A stretch of DNA of 64,000 bases from the human T2T-CHM13v2.0 reference genome, Homo sapiens (GCF_009914755.1 NC_060947.1), one strand, 5' to 3'; numbered from the stretch's first letter, positions 29,746 to 44,335 are shown. A program made the numbers and translations. Notes: generated by a model not told the origin, from the sequence alone.

Positions 29746-31126
29746 ATGTAACATTTTGCTTCAAAGAATTTCACATTCAACCCCTAGCTTTCTTAATGAA
29801 ATTAACAAGCCATAGGCTACACAAATAAGAGCTGAGTTTGGGTTATTTCCCTAAACTTTAGATTTATATTAATTAAGATTACAATCCATAACAGTTCAAA
29901 AGCCATGGAGACATCTTTGTGTCCTAAAGTTCAAGGCCACAGACTTGGTTCCATAACATGATAAGAGGATCTATGAGTGTTATGTTAGAGCTAACACTGT
30001 TTCTATTCCTGATACAGAAACACCTTCATCACTGAAATGAAGATGGATTTTGAGTGATCAACCCCCCAAGTACCACTATCCTCTGATTTCTTTTTAGGTA
30101 GACAATTGAATCATTTGTTTAGGATAATTAGCAATGCAAATCCTGCTGGATTTCAGAATCAGTTACATGGACAGAATAACACTTTCCTCTTAAACACATG
30201 TGTATGTACATATGGAAATACACACACACACTCCTTGCCTCTGCGATTAGTTCACTTTTATGTAGTGTAGCCATCCCACTACCACTTCCCCAACTCCATC
30301 CCCACATTGTATTTTTCTCTTGCCAACTTGGTTAAGCTGGGAGCTACATTAGTCAGTGTCTTACTTAGAGTAGGCTAACTGATCATCAGTGTGTACATAT
30401 TATTTTATTTTTAAAGAGCTCTCCTTTTAAAATTGAAATATGTATACATTTTATATATCAGCAAAATAGTAAATATGGGTTATTCTTAGATGTGTCTAGA
30501 TCCAGCCTTTTTGTATCTTCTCACCACTTGGATAAACAGAACTCTGGGAAAGTGTGCATGAACCCAGCCTCACTATTAAAAAAAAAAGTGTGCATGAACC
30601 TAGCTTCACTATGAAGCCTTCATTGACGTCCTTGATTCTCTGAGAGGGAAAGCTATCAAAGCATCTGAAATAGTCATAAATAGTACCAAGAAAAATAATT
30701 GGTTACCTTTGTTCTATCCTGTGGGTAGGGCCAACAGCCAGCCAGTCTATGTAAATCACAATCAAGAAAACAGTAAATCCATTTATTGTCTCTGGAGTGG
30801 TTCTCTATGTGTCACATTGGCATGGGAAGTCTTGGACATGGTAGAAAAGGCCAGCTTAGAAAAATGACATGAGTTAGGATTTAGACACCAGTGTGGATGT
30901 GTGTCTATGCAAATTAATTCAGGAGCCAATAAGATGTTGGGCAGAAAAGGACCAACAAGTAAACACTTGAAGATTGCAGGAACAAGCTAGGACTCGGGAC
31001 CAATGGATAGGACAGTCAAGGGGACAGGGATCTAGAGAGGTAAGCAAGTACAACTAAAACACCAGTGACTGCTGACCTAATTCAGAAACTTCTCTTAACC
31101 TATGTGTTCCATTTATATTTTCTACC

Positions 31127-31552
31127 TGTCTTAATCTTTTTTGTGTTGCTATAAAGGAATATCTGTGGCTGGGTAATTTATAAAGAAAACAGGTTTATTT
31201 GGCTCATGATTCTGATGGTTGGAAAGTTCAAGATTAGGCATCTGCATCTGATGAGGGCCTCAGGCTGCTTCCGCTCATGGCAGAAGGCAAGGGAGAGCCA
31301 GCAGCATGTGCATAGATCACATGGCAAAAAAGAAAGCAAGGGGTGGAAGGCAGTGACAGGCTCTTTTTAACAACCAGCTCTCATGGAAAATAATGGGGTG
31401 GGAACTTACCCCTGAGGGAAGGCATTCATCTGTTTATAAGGGATCCACCCCCATCACCCAAACACCTGCCACTAGGCCACATCTCCAACATTGAGATCAA
31501 ATTTCAACATGAGATTTGGTGGGGACAAACGAAGGATATCCAAACCACGGCA
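31127..31552 (-). mobile_element. MSTB-like MaLR solo LTR
   Basis: TG...CA ends with perfect 5-bp TSD CTACC (31122-31126 and 31553-31557). Confidence 0.92.
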
Positions 31553-31579
31553 CTACCAGAACTTGTGACTCTTTGTGGG

Positions 31580-32150
31580 TGTATTAGGGTCCATTCATGG
31601 ATGCAGAACCACTAAGAATTTTTAGCATAAGGGATTCATGAGAGGAATTACACATTACATAATTTTGGTGGGGGAGAGTTGGTTAGGTAAGTGAAGATCC
31701 AAAGGGAAATTTGGAGGATCATCAGAGGACGCACTAACCAAGGAACCTTAGAAACCAAGCTCTTCCAGCAGCTTAGTGTCCAGAATGCAATGGGGGAGAT
31801 GGTGGTGAGATCTAAGGGAGGCAGCCGCCTCTGGTTACCACCCTTCTGGATCTGCAGACCAGCATCTGGTAGTGGGCCTGAGACTGTTGATGGTCAGCAG
31901 CCTAGAGTTAGGGAAAAAAGCTAGATGCAGGTGATAGAGAAGCAGGATAAACTGGGAGCTGCTGGGCACCTCCATGTCTGTCCCTCACCCTCTTTGGCCT
32001 CAAAATCTTCCAAGGTTAAGGGCTGCTTCTTTGCTTCTGCCCTTCAAATCTCACACAAGTTCTTCCATTGACCTACTCTAACCTAGAACCACACAGGGAA
32101 GGGTCTTCTGGGAAATGGAGCTGCCAGATTCACCACATTGAAAAGAGAAC
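31580..32150. mobile_element. Probable ancient ERVL/MaLR-type LTR
   Basis: Begins tgtattagggtccatt...gcagaaccact. Family not resolved. Confidence 0.35.
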
Positions 32151-32454
32151 CATCTAGAATAGTGAGAGAACGGCAACAGCTAGCTGACAAGAGAAAATGT
32201 GAAATAATCACAGGGGCAAGTAGACTAAATTTTTTTTATCATCTGGCTCAGAAAAGCAGGCTGACATTATAGCAGAGATCCACAACTTCTCTATAGTCTG
32301 CACTGAACTGGACTTAGAATGTAAACGTCCTGGATTCTGGGGAAAAAATAATACAGATATGATTATCAAGGCAGTTCTGTAAAAATCATCAGTCAATCAA
32401 GTCAAATATGATTCTCTGAGGTTCTGCCAGTTTCAACCAAAATTGGACTTACAG

Positions 32455-32632
32455 CAGGGGTTGGCAAACTGTGACCCTCTGGCCAAATGTGTCCTGCTTC
32501 CTGTTTGGTAAATAAAGTTTTATTGGTACACAGCCATGCCCATTTATTCCCATATTGTCTGGCTGCTTTCATGCTACAATGCCAGAGTTGAGTAATTGCA
32601 ACAAAACCATCTGGCCTGTTTGCCAGCCTCTG
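32455..32632 (+). mobile_element. MER58A (internally deleted)
   Basis: CAGGGGTTGGCAAACT start and the aataaagttttattggtacacagccatgccc core. Confidence 0.88.
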
Positions 32633-32755
32633 TCTGAAGCATACTATGAACAATAAAGGTAGTCACAGAAGGGTTGGAGGTAGCTAGTGCCAGATCCAAG
32701 AGAGGGTGCGGGAGGACAGGGCAGGCAGGTGAGCTAACAAGGGCAGACAATAATG

Positions 32756-33172
32756 GTATCTTAGTTAGGGTAGGCTAACTGCTGTAATAAATGGACTAAA
32801 AAAATGAATAATGGTTCAAACACAGCAAAAATGTATGTCTCCCTCCTATAATAGTCCAGAAGGGGTAAACAGCTTACAAAGCCTCTGCTATTTTCAACAT
32901 GTAGCTTCCAAGGCCACCCCAGAGGTGGTCTCCATTCAAGCCAAGTGGAAGAACGTGGAGAAACATACATGAGAGATGTTATGGGTCAAGCCTGGAAGTA
33001 ATGTTCATCACTTCTGCTTCCATTCTCATAGCTCAAACTCACTCTTATGGCCACATCTAATTGCAAGGAAGGCTGGAAAATTTAGCCATGTGCCCAAACT
33101 TAAAGTTTCACTTGTGCCCAGAGAGAAAAAATAATCATGGATTTTGGTGTTCAGCTAGTATTCATCTGCCAC
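32756..33172 (-). mobile_element. MLT1 (MLT1J-like) MaLR LTR
   Basis: gtatcttagttagggtaggctaactgctgtaataaa...ggccacatctaattgcaaggaaggctggaaaatttag...tctgccaca. Confidence 0.7.
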
Positions 33173-33199
33173 AAAGAGCTCCCACGTATGATGCTTCAT

Positions 33200-33350
33200 A
33201 TATACTTATTAACTCACATAATCCTCCCTGCAACAACCCTGAAAGGCAGGAACTGTCAGTATCCCCTGTTTTCACGTATGAGGCACAGAGAAGTGATGTA
33301 ACTTGCCCAAAGCAATACAAGTGCTTAGGGTTGGAATCCTGGCACGTGAG
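33200..33350 (-). mobile_element. MIR fragment
   Basis: caacaaccctgaaaggcagg...gaggcacagagaagtgatgtaacttgcccaa. Confidence 0.7.
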
Positions 33351-33702
33351 TACCATGAGTCATACATGGGTTAACTGTCCCATGCCATCTCTCTGCATAA
33401 CTAAAAATGTGAGGCAGAGGCAGTGGACAGAAGCCACAAAGCTGGACCAGCAGAGGATCAAAGCTGAGAGTAGCAATTCCAAGGGGAACTGGGAGTGTTT
33501 GGAGGGTCAGGAAGAGCATGAAGGGCTCCTAGCTAATCCAAGAAGAAAATGTCACAAGTGACCTTCCAGAAATTTACCATTTTCTCTTTAGGGTGGTTTC
33601 AAAAGCCAAAGCAAGTGAGGGAGAAGGGGAAGGGCTGGCTGAGCTGAGGTGAAGGGCCAACAATTGGGTTTCTGTCACAAAAAGAGGTTGTGTTGACTGG
33701 GC

Positions 33703-33853
33703 CAGAGCTTCTTAAACTGTGATGCGCACACAAATCCCCTGGGGATCTTGTTAGCCTACGGATTCGGATAGAGTGGGGCTTGAGATTCTGCATTCCTAAG
33801 AAGCTTCTAGGAGGTACTGATGCTGCTGGTCCATGAGCCACACTTTAAGTGCT
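33703..33853. mobile_element. MER5A
   Basis: ttcttaaactg...cctggggatcttgtt...gagattctgcattcctaagaagctt...gatgctgctggtcc. Confidence 0.82.
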
Positions 33854-34203
33854 AAAGAACCAGGCAAATGGGAGCAAAGTCGATTTTAAATGGCAACTAT
33901 GGCTTTGAGGCAGCCCTACTAGGGGGATTCTCTTCAGGGTTCAAATGGGGCATAGCTTTAGATGAGATGGGATTTGGGGGTAGGAGATTCTAAAACCAAC
34001 CTCCCAGCCAAACCATGACATTCAGTGGCCAGAAAGCTCTATGCCTGAGACTGTGTCTCATCAACAAAGACCTCAAACCAGCTGCCAAGGCTCTCTCTCC
34101 TGATTTCCAGGCCTGAGAATGGAGGGAGATGACCAGGAGAACATGGAGAGCTCATGTTTGGGGGAGAATGAGGGAGTCTGAGCTGAACTTTGTGGCCATT
34201 TCA

Positions 34204-34204
<1 letters not shown>

Positions 34205-34249
<45 letters not shown>
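34205..34249. repeat. (AC)22 microsatellite
   Basis: Perfect dinucleotide run. Confidence 0.99.
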
Positions 34250-34253
<4 letters not shown>

Positions 34254-34479
34254 CAACATTTATGGAACTAACTTTATTGAGCAGTTACTAGGTAAAAGCA
34301 CCATTTCTTATACTTATGTGTACAGTCTATAAGGATACATCAAACAGTTAACAGTGGTTGTCTCTGGGTCATGAAATTTGAGGCAAAAGAGTTTTTTGGA
34401 CTTTCTATTTTAGACAGTTCTGTGTAATTCTGGGTCATTACACATACACTGAGGGTCAGAATACACCACCTGGGCTACC

Positions 34480-34850
34480 CCAAATATACCAAGCTTCTCC
34501 TGCTTCTATTCCTCTGGACAAATGCCTTGGCCTAGAACTCCCTTGCCCACCTGACAAATTCCTACTCTGTTTTCAGGTCCAGCACCCGTGCCATCTCCTC
34601 TAGGAAGCTGCCTTGGTGAAGTTCAAAGCTGAATCCAGGCTCCACAATCACAATATCCCATTCACCCTATCATGACACATTCTTACCACAGTCTATTGCA
34701 ATATTTGAGTCTTTTCTGCTATGTCTTCCACTGGATGGTGAGCAACTTGAAGGCAGAGGATTTTTTTTCCTTCTTTCCTGAATGTCTAGCTCCCAGCTTA
34801 GGGCCTGGTGAATAGTAACCACTTAATCCGTGTTTTTAATGAATCGCTGT
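34480..34850 (+). mobile_element. LINE-2 3' fragment
   Basis: ctggatggtgagcaacttgaaggcagagga...cttagggcctggtgaatagtaaccacttaat...aatgaat. Confidence 0.65.
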
Positions 34851-35614
34851 ATGGATACACACACACTTATCATGCACTGTGGGTCTAGTTTTTAGCTGCT
34901 ATCATCTGATTTTGGAATTTGCGGGCCATGCTGTGACCCAGGCCAGGGCTGCAAAATGTGGTCATGATGGTTTACCACAACCTGTGATCTGGGCCAACTT
35001 CCTAATTAGGGGTAAGACTGCTGGAGTTACCACTTACAGGGCATTGAAATGACTTAGCAAACCCATACTTAGGGTCTTGTATTTGATTTTCAACAGTCAC
35101 ATAGCCCCAGCTAGAGGTGAACTTGAAGTAGCATTGTCAGGCTCACAATTTGTTCAGGACCTCGCTTTGCTAGTGACCTACATTCCCCATCTGTAAGTAA
35201 TTTAAATTCACCTGGCGTTCTGTTAGGAGAAGGTAACTGAGTCGTGTTAAGGCAGACTGCCCCAGCCCTCACCACTGGAGAGATCTGTCTCAGCAAATCC
35301 TCCCTGAGAGACTAGCTCTCATCCTCTCTGAGCCTAGCCATGGGGGTAAAGTGCTGGCAGGCAGCCTTGTTTTCTGGCTCTCTGCAAAAAGCAAGCTGAA
35401 AAGAAAGAAAGTCTGTTTGCAGAGGAAGGAACCTATAGCAAAAATGGCAGAGATAAACAAGCTGGCACACAGCCATACTTATTTTGAGTGATACAAATCC
35501 TTGGGGATCACAGCCTTAGACACATAGAAAGTAGCTAAGAAATACTGAGCAGGCCTAGCATTTTGCATGTCTGCGAGCCAAATCATACTTCATTATCCTC
35601 AAAATTGTCTAAGG

Positions 35615-35823
35615 CGGCACTGTCCAAGACAGTAGCCACTACCATCATGTGGCAATTAAAATTTAAATTAATAAAAGTGAAATAAAATTAAATACTCAGT
35701 TCCTCTGTTGCACTAGCCATATTTCAAGTGTTCAGTAGCCACATGTGGCTAGTGGCTACCATATTGGACAGCACAAATATAGAACATTTCCATCATCACA
35801 GAATGTTCTATTGTACAGCACTG
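35615..35823. mobile_element. MER3 hAT-Charlie MITE
   Basis: gcactgtccaa...tagccacatgtggcta...tattgtacagcactg with TSD GTCTAAG(G/A). Confidence 0.9.
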
Positions 35824-37149
35824 GTCTAAGAGTGAATTATATTTTGTGCTCTTTTCTCTTCACTAAATATACCCAGTGAGCCTTTTTTTTTCCTGGTCAT
35901 TTTCCCCAGCCTCTGAGGGGGCCTTGCCTATTAAGACCCATTCTCAGAATTGAATGGAAGGGACCAAGGAATGACTTAGCAGGCAAACCCCATCATATGA
36001 GTTCATTGTTTTCAAGTTCTGTTATTTCCAGCAGAACATCCCCCACTGCCTTCACCACTGGCTCACGGGGTCCCAGCAGCCCCAGCCAGCTTCACTCTTG
36101 CTATTTCCACCAGGACACATTTCACACAAATGAAAGCAGGATTCGTAGAGTGAAGGAAAACGATGAACTTCTGGGATGAGGTTTTAACAACATTTCCAAA
36201 TGTGAGGCGTAGGCTATTCCTCTGAGTCTCAGATGGCATGGTTTCCAGCATTTTGAAGGCAGCTTTGAATACCTCTGGATATTTTATAGGCTGAGGAAAT
36301 TGAGGCCTCATTTTATACCATATTATAAAGGATCTCCCAGAGTGGAGTAGAAAATAAGTTCAGATTCGAAGCAGATTTTCCTCGAATGGCCATTCCCTCA
36401 TTTTTAAAGAAAATATGTGCACCATCACCATAGTCAGGGCACAGTTAGGAGTAAGGAGAATGAAAAGAGGAATTGATTAAGAGGAATGGCTTCTTTTAAA
36501 ATGTCATTTTCTTAAAATATGGTTTATACAACGTATATGTGTATGTACATGGAAAAAGTGTACTTTTTTGTTTGTTTCCGGGATCCCCGTTAATATCAAG
36601 AAGACACTAGAGACAATGATGAATCAGACATCAGCGAGAACCCTAGAAATCTAGAAACAATGGTCAGTTTGGACGCTGCTAAGCAGACAGACCTGAGTTA
36701 CTGCAGATTTAAAAGGCATTAAGATGCCTCAGTTTCCCCAAGTGATCCTCTTTTGGGAAGTCCTAGATGAAAACAATTTGGAAAAGCCACTGACCAAAGT
36801 AAAAGCATGTTGTACCCCATTTCCTCCACCAACAGCCATGTTCTTTTAAAATTACTGGATATTTCATCAGTACATCTAGAAAACAATAGTGTCTATCTGT
36901 TGTTTTTTGTGTTTATACCAGGCTATCCTCCAATAATGGATTTAAATATAAATCATTGCAAATATAAAACATTGCAAATTTTTTAAACTCATTGATTGCT
37001 ATACATGTATCAATCATTACAAATATATCAATTGCTACATGTGTGTTTTTTATACATTGTATCAAATGTATTGATTATTACAAATGTACTTTTAAATGTA
37101 TTGATTGGAACAACGTTTAAACACAAGAGATAAGGTTACATTAAAAAAG

Positions 37150-37756
<607 letters not shown>

Positions 37757-38133
37757 GTAAGTGAAGAAATTAGGTAAAGAAAAATAAGAAGCAGCCAAGA
37801 GTGAACTACTCAACATGCATACTGTGGCCAAAATTTAGGCTCTAAGCCTTCAAGCAGCCAACTCAAAGAGAGAGACATAGGCAGTTACTTGATTCAGCAT
37901 CCAGAAAGCATAAACTAATTCTTAGTTCTTTTCTCCCCTAGTCCTAGCAAAGAGGATGGGGCAAAAGTGCCTAACAAGGACCTCATCAACACCCCTGTGA
38001 AAAATAAACAAGTTTGATCCGTTTGTTCTTCTAGTAAGGCCAATGCAAATATGCAACTCCGAAAGTTTCGAAAGACAATTCTTAGGCAAAGAGCTTGGAA
38101 ATCAATATATCTTTGTCCAGTTAAACAGCTTCC

Positions 38134-38438
38134 TTTTTATTTTTTTTCTATACAGGGTCTCACTGTGTTGCCCAGGCTGAAGTGCAATGGCATGATCACA
38201 GCTCACTGCAGCCTCTACCTCCTAGGCTCAAGTGACCCTCCCATCTCAGCCTCCTGAGTAGCTGGGACCACAGGTGCCTGCCACCAAGCCTGGCTAATTT
38301 ATTATTATTTTTTATTTTTGTAGATACACAGTCTCCCTATGTTGCCCAGGCTGATCTGGAACTCCTGGGCTTAAGTGATCCTCCCACCTGCACCTCCCAA
38401 AGTGGTGAGATTACAGGCATGAGCCATTGTGCCTGGCC
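38134..38438 (-). mobile_element. AluJ
   Basis: Reverse dimer with TSD taaacagctt. Confidence 0.95.
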
Positions 38439-39732
38439 TAAACAGCTTTCTGATAGATTGTTTAGTACAAGGATCAATTGTAAAGCTGTGATTCTTGGTC
38501 TAGACAGGGAAATGAGGGGGCCTATTTGAATCAACTGGAAAGCTTCTTCAAACTATGTAAGTACCACTCCCTTCCTTTTGACAGGTTTCCATGAAGCGTG
38601 TCCCCAAATGTATTACCATGACTGTGTAGTGAATCCCTTACGTGTGCTAGGGTGAGGACCTCATGGAAAATGGAGGTGTTCATGAAAGGGTAACCATGTG
38701 CAGACATAAGAGCCACCTAATTCCAAATTCATCTGTCTAGACTCCTTCCTAAACCTCAGAATTAATGACCCTTGGATGAAGCCATAACATACGTACTCTT
38801 AACTGCCTTATCAGTTGATTCTGATGCAAAACACCTTTGAGCAGTGCTAACCTAGAGCAATGGATGGACCATATACTATTTGGCCAAGCTTCTCTAAATA
38901 TTTTTCTCAAGAAAATGTTTCAAATAGAAGAAATTCCAAATTATACTCCCTAGTGAGCATACCTGGAGTGCCACTCCGTCCTTCCAGTTAATCAGTCCTG
39001 TGATACATTTAACAGCCAGATTGCCCCAACATGGCAGATGTGGCTGCTGATTCAACTAGGGGAAACCAACAAAAAGGCGTTCCTAGCAGACAGCAGCCTG
39101 TCTCTTCTGCCTACCCATGTGTCTCTGGACACAGCTAAAATATTCTGTTGGTCAGAATCCAGATTCCATCTGTGTTTTTTAGGTCCTTGACCTTTTGAGG
39201 CACCCTGTGTTTTGAGAAGCTGCTTTTATACATCTAAGACCTGCTCAAAATGGCCTTTGAGATAATATGAAATTGTATATCTGGTGCCCAAAACAAATTG
39301 GACACATAAAAGTCTCAGTGCTTACTGAAGTGATTTAAATTAAACTCATATATAATAACAATATATAAATAATAATGATGGAATGATACTCACTCTTATT
39401 AGATAATATATATGGGAGACTACCCACCTGGCCCAGGTAATTTGGCATGCCTTAAGATTCCTGAACTTACCCAAAATAATACAATTTCATTTCTTAAATA
39501 TAAAAGCAGGACAAGAAGAAAAAGAAAAAGAAAGGTAGAACAACGCACAACCCTTAGGTAGCTGTGGAGGCGACAAAACAACATTGGCTTGGGTTGCTCC
39601 TGACAGATGCGTGGAAAAGGTTCAAAAATTTTTCTACTTTACAGTCTGGCCCAGCCTCTGAGTGTCCCAGAGATATTTTCATTAGAGCTCTTCTTCCCTT
39701 GTTGCTACCTAGTTATTAAAACATTATTCCCG

Positions 39733-39869
39733 AGCCAGGCAGTGGCATGTGTCTATAGTCCCAGCTACTAAGGAGGCTGAGGATCCCTTGAGGCTAGGAG
39801 TTCAAGGCCAGCCTGGGGAACATGTGGGACCTTGTCTCTAAAAAAGGGGGAAAAAAAGGAATAAAAAAG
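39733..39869 (+). mobile_element. FLAM / Alu monomer
   Basis: Single monomer with A-rich tail and TSD aaaacatt(a/g)ttcc. Confidence 0.88.
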
Positions 39870-40669
39870 AAAACATTGTTCCTGGAAATGGTAGTGGGAC
39901 GTAACAGGGAGATAAGGACTTAAGGGGAACCAGCTGATGGCGGGTCTGGCTGAGGGGAATATGATCAGGAACTGGTTTCTCTCCACCAAAGATGAGCAGC
40001 ACCCAACTTGTAATGGCTTGTGGGAAATGCAAAGATGCCTCTGAGGGCAACACTCAGTCACAGCCAGTATAAATAACCCTGACTTTCATTGCAAAACAGT
40101 TTTCACTTAAGAAAGATATACTTTTATTTTATTTGACTTTCTGTTTGAGCTGCATAGCTCAGGAATTACTCGGGATTAGGGCGGTATATTTTTTTCTTCC
40201 TCTAAGGGCTTATAAGGAAATCTAAGGGCCTACATCTTTTGCTGGGAGGTTATCTCTGTTAATATTTGGGATAGCTAATGCCTGTTGGCAGAGGAGGTGG
40301 GAAGAGATGTGTTTCATTTTTCCTTTCAAGAGGCAGGCCCAGGATTCTGGTGCTACTTACAATAAAAATTCCTTTGATGAAAGATGGGTGGAAGGACATT
40401 CCATTCCATTCAATTTCCTATTCCTATTTCAAAGAAAATAACCCGATTTGCAGGAAAAAAGAGAGCATGTATAGTGATATGGTTCATGAGAAGTCATTTG
40501 AAGTTCCTATATTTACTATCTTAAAGACTGCTGGAAGAAATAACCATAAAAGAGTCATAAACATATTGACCTGCACGTATTTCACTTCATTTCATACTTT
40601 TGAAAAATATAAAAAAGATCTATGTTCTGGCCCTCACTTATAGTCCGCAACAGAACTGTGACTTCTGGG

Positions 40670-41008
40670 GGCTGGGCACAGTGGCTCATGCCTGTAATCC
40701 CAGCACTTTGGGAGTCCGAGGCAGGTGGATTGCTTGAGGCCAGGAGTTTGAAACCAGCCTGGGCAACATGTCTAGGCGAAACCCTGTCTCTATTAAAAAT
40801 ACAAAAAAAAAAAAAAATTAGCCAGGTTTGGTGGCGTGTGCCTATAATCGCAGCTACTCAGGAGGCTGAGGCATAAGAATCGATTGAACCCAGGAGGCAG
40901 TGGTTGTAGTGGGCCAAGATCATGCGATTGTGCCACTGCACTCCAGCCTGGGCAACAGAGCAAGACTCTGTCTCAAAAATTAATTAAGTAAATAAATAAA
41001 TAAATAAA
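40670..41008 (+). mobile_element. Alu (J/S)
   Basis: Dimer, (TAAA)n tail, 15-bp TSD GAACTGTGACTTCTG. Confidence 0.96.
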
Positions 41009-41117
41009 GGAACTGTGACTTCTGCACCAACTGCAAACAATATCCTTAGAAGGATTTAACTTCGTACTTCAAGATTAGAATTTTTAATTTTTAGAAACTA
41101 TTTTCATTGTAGAATAA

Positions 41118-41710
41118 CACACTTATACACTGCTGGTGGGAGTGTAAACTAGTAAAACCCTATGGAAAACAGTGTGGAGATTCCTTAAAGAACTAAAAAT
41201 AGATCTACCATTTGATCCAGCAATCCCACTAACTGGGTATCTGCCCAGAGAAAAATAAGTCATTATATGAAAAAGATAGTTGCACACACATGTTTACAGA
41301 AGCACAATTTGCAATTGCAAAAATGTGGAACCAGCCCAAATGCCCATCAATCAACAAGTGATAAACTGTGGTATATATATGATGGAATACTACTCAGCCA
41401 TAAAAAGGAGTGAATTTATGGTATTAGCAGCAACCTGCATGGGATTGGAGATTATTATTCTAAGTGAAGTAACTCAGGAATGGAAAACCAAACATCAAAT
41501 GTTTTCACTCATAAGTGGGAGTTAAGCTGTGAGGATGGAAAGGCATAAGAATGACACAATGGACTTTGGGGACTCTGGGGGAAAGAGTGAGAAGGGGGTG
41601 AGGGATAAAAGACTACAAATGAGGTTCAGTGTATACTGCTCGGGTGATGGGTGCACCAGAATCTCACAAATCACCACTAAAGAACTTACTCATATAACCA
41701 AATAACACAC
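41118..41710 (+). mobile_element. L1PB-like 3' fragment
   Basis: ORF2 terminus (MEYYSAIKRSEF...SEVTQEWKTKHQMFSLISGS) plus L1PB-type 3'UTR. Confidence 0.9.
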
Positions 41711-42609
41711 GCACACACACAAAGAATTAGCCTTGCTGTCCACATCATGGTTTTTCTTTTTCTTTTTTTTCTGCCTATGGGAAGTGGGAGCCCCAAGTGT
41801 CCTGAATGGCTACCAGTCTACGGACTTCCCTAGACCCAGCCATGATTGTCCAGTTCCTACCACATGGCTGCAGTCTGTACGTCCTCTTCAGCTTTCCAGA
41901 TCTAGTGTAAGCTAGTCCCCCTTCTCCTGGAAACTGGGCCCCATCCCTGAATGCTCTGCTGCTGGTGAGAGCCCCACTCTACCCTGAAAATCCAAGAAAA
42001 CCATGATGCTACTCTTTTCCTGATTTGCCCATCCTACAGCCTAGCAAAAACGAATCATGCCCAAAACTCGTTACAGCAAATTTAGGCTTTTCTTCATTGC
42101 CTCCCCACTTTCCCCCATATTGATGCTTTAATCAAGTCCAATTCACCAGGCTACTCTAAACACTGTAACTTGGACTGCTGGCTTTCTCTCCAGAGTACGA
42201 CAGGCCCAATTTTCACCCACTGGCCCATGTTACTGAAATCCCAATATGCCCATGGCTGGTTATGACATGCCCTAAACTGTAGGCCTCTTGATGGCATAAA
42301 TAAGACATACCTCAGTCCAGTTTTCTCGGTACCTAGCAAAGAACCTGGTACAAAGTTAGTGCTCCAACAGGGTTTATGAAAGAGAATTTAAATCAGATGC
42401 CATACAGCAAAACATAAAATGCTATGTATAAACACTATTATTATGAGTCAGTATTATGCCAAACTCATTTCATCCAGCCAAGTATAATCATGTAGTTAGC
42501 CAGAACACTCCTCACCAAACCCTTATGTAACTGGCTTTTAAAAATATTCTGCTTTTTCATTTTTAAAAAGAAGCAGGTAATAATAAAATAGATCATTTAT
42601 AACTGCCAA

Positions 42610-42880
42610 CTTGTAATCATCTGGGGAGCTTTTAAAAAATCCTGATGCATCGATTTCACCCCTATCCCCACGCCCGGCCAAAATTCTGATTTCATTGGTC
42701 TGAAATGAGCCCCGGGCATCAGAATTTTTAAAAACTCCCAAGGCGAGTAAAATATGTGGCCAGGGGTGAGAACTGCTGCTTTAGGGGCAGCTTCCCAAAC
42801 TTTAATGTGAAAAGAAAAAAAATCACCTGGGGCTTTGTTAAAGTGCAAATTCTGATTCTATAAATCTCAGTTGGGGCCCA
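42610..42880. mobile_element. Adjacent MER5B/MER5A fragments
   Basis: aatcatctggggagctttt...gggtgagaactgctg, followed by ttcccaaacttt...aatcacctggggctttgttaaagtgcaaattctgattc. Confidence 0.75.
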
Positions 42881-43268
42881 ATTCAGCACTGTCTACCAGA
42901 ATTAAAATTGCCTGTGCGCTCTGACCCAGAAATTCCCCAACTAGTTATTTCTCTCATGGACATACTCACACATATGCATAATATCAAATATATGTAAAAT
43001 TCATTACAGTGGAGTTTATGTAACACCCTAAATATCTGTCAGGAGAGGACTGTTTAAGTAAATGATGGTGCAGCCATAAAATGCCATGGAAGACTTTATA
43101 ACCTTAAAATATAATTGGAATAATCTGTAAACTACAATGTTAAATGAAAATAAGAGTAGAAGCAGGGTAAATATTTACAAACATATTTTTATAAATACAC
43201 AGACTAAGGAAAGGTCTGAAAAAAAAGGTAACAGTGGTTATCTTCAGGGAGAAAAATTGAGGGACTGA

Positions 43269-43851
43269 TGTCACATAGAAAACTAAATATAATAATCCAG
43301 ATTTAGTAGGTAAAGATGATTAGTATTATTGTAAGGGGGTGCAAGGGACTATTGCTCTAGGCAGGATACACCAACAGTAAGATCTGCAAGCTTCTCAAGG
43401 TTTAGGCAAAAATGACTTTTCTTTTATAGGAATGAGTAAATCAAGCCAAAAATGAGCAGGGGTGGGCAGCGGGATGAACGAGAGTGGCATCGTGGAACAG
43501 CAGATCAGAGAAGGTTTTACCCCCAGGCCAGCTTGTTCTCTGGAGTGGCTGGTTTAGACTGCGGCTGGGCCAGAATGTCAGAGTCTTGGGGAAAGAGCAT
43601 TTTGTCCCGATTGATCAGCAGGGACAAAAGAGCTCAGCTAGTCATTTTTAAGGAAAAGAATAGAAATTTGGAGAATCTGTATCTGGCTTTGTACTAGGTA
43701 AACGAGGGGGGGTTATCTAAATCATCATATGAGGAAAGGTGGTTCTTTGCAATAGTCATTTCCTGCAACACAAAAAAAGTGGGTGAGGGGGTTTCTGAGC
43801 CTTCTGCTGTTTTCCAGGTGTGTAGGGCTCAGGTAAGGCTCCATATTGTCA
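43269..43851 (-). mobile_element. Solo ERV1 LTR (MER90-like) inserted in old L1ME fragment
   Basis: TGTCA...TGTCA ends, aagatctgcaagcttctcaaggtttaggc, gggctcaggtaaggctccatattgtca. Confidence 0.6.
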
Positions 43852-43917
43852 CTGGAGAGAGAAGGAGCAGTGGTTTCCATGGCATGTCCTTTTCTCCTTT
43901 AAAAATTTTTTCTACCA

Positions 43918-44335
<418 letters not shown>

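Noticed and set aside
33061-33561. 166-aa ORF
   Set aside because: Non-ATG start and spans MLT1 and MIR relics, so likely a chance open frame.
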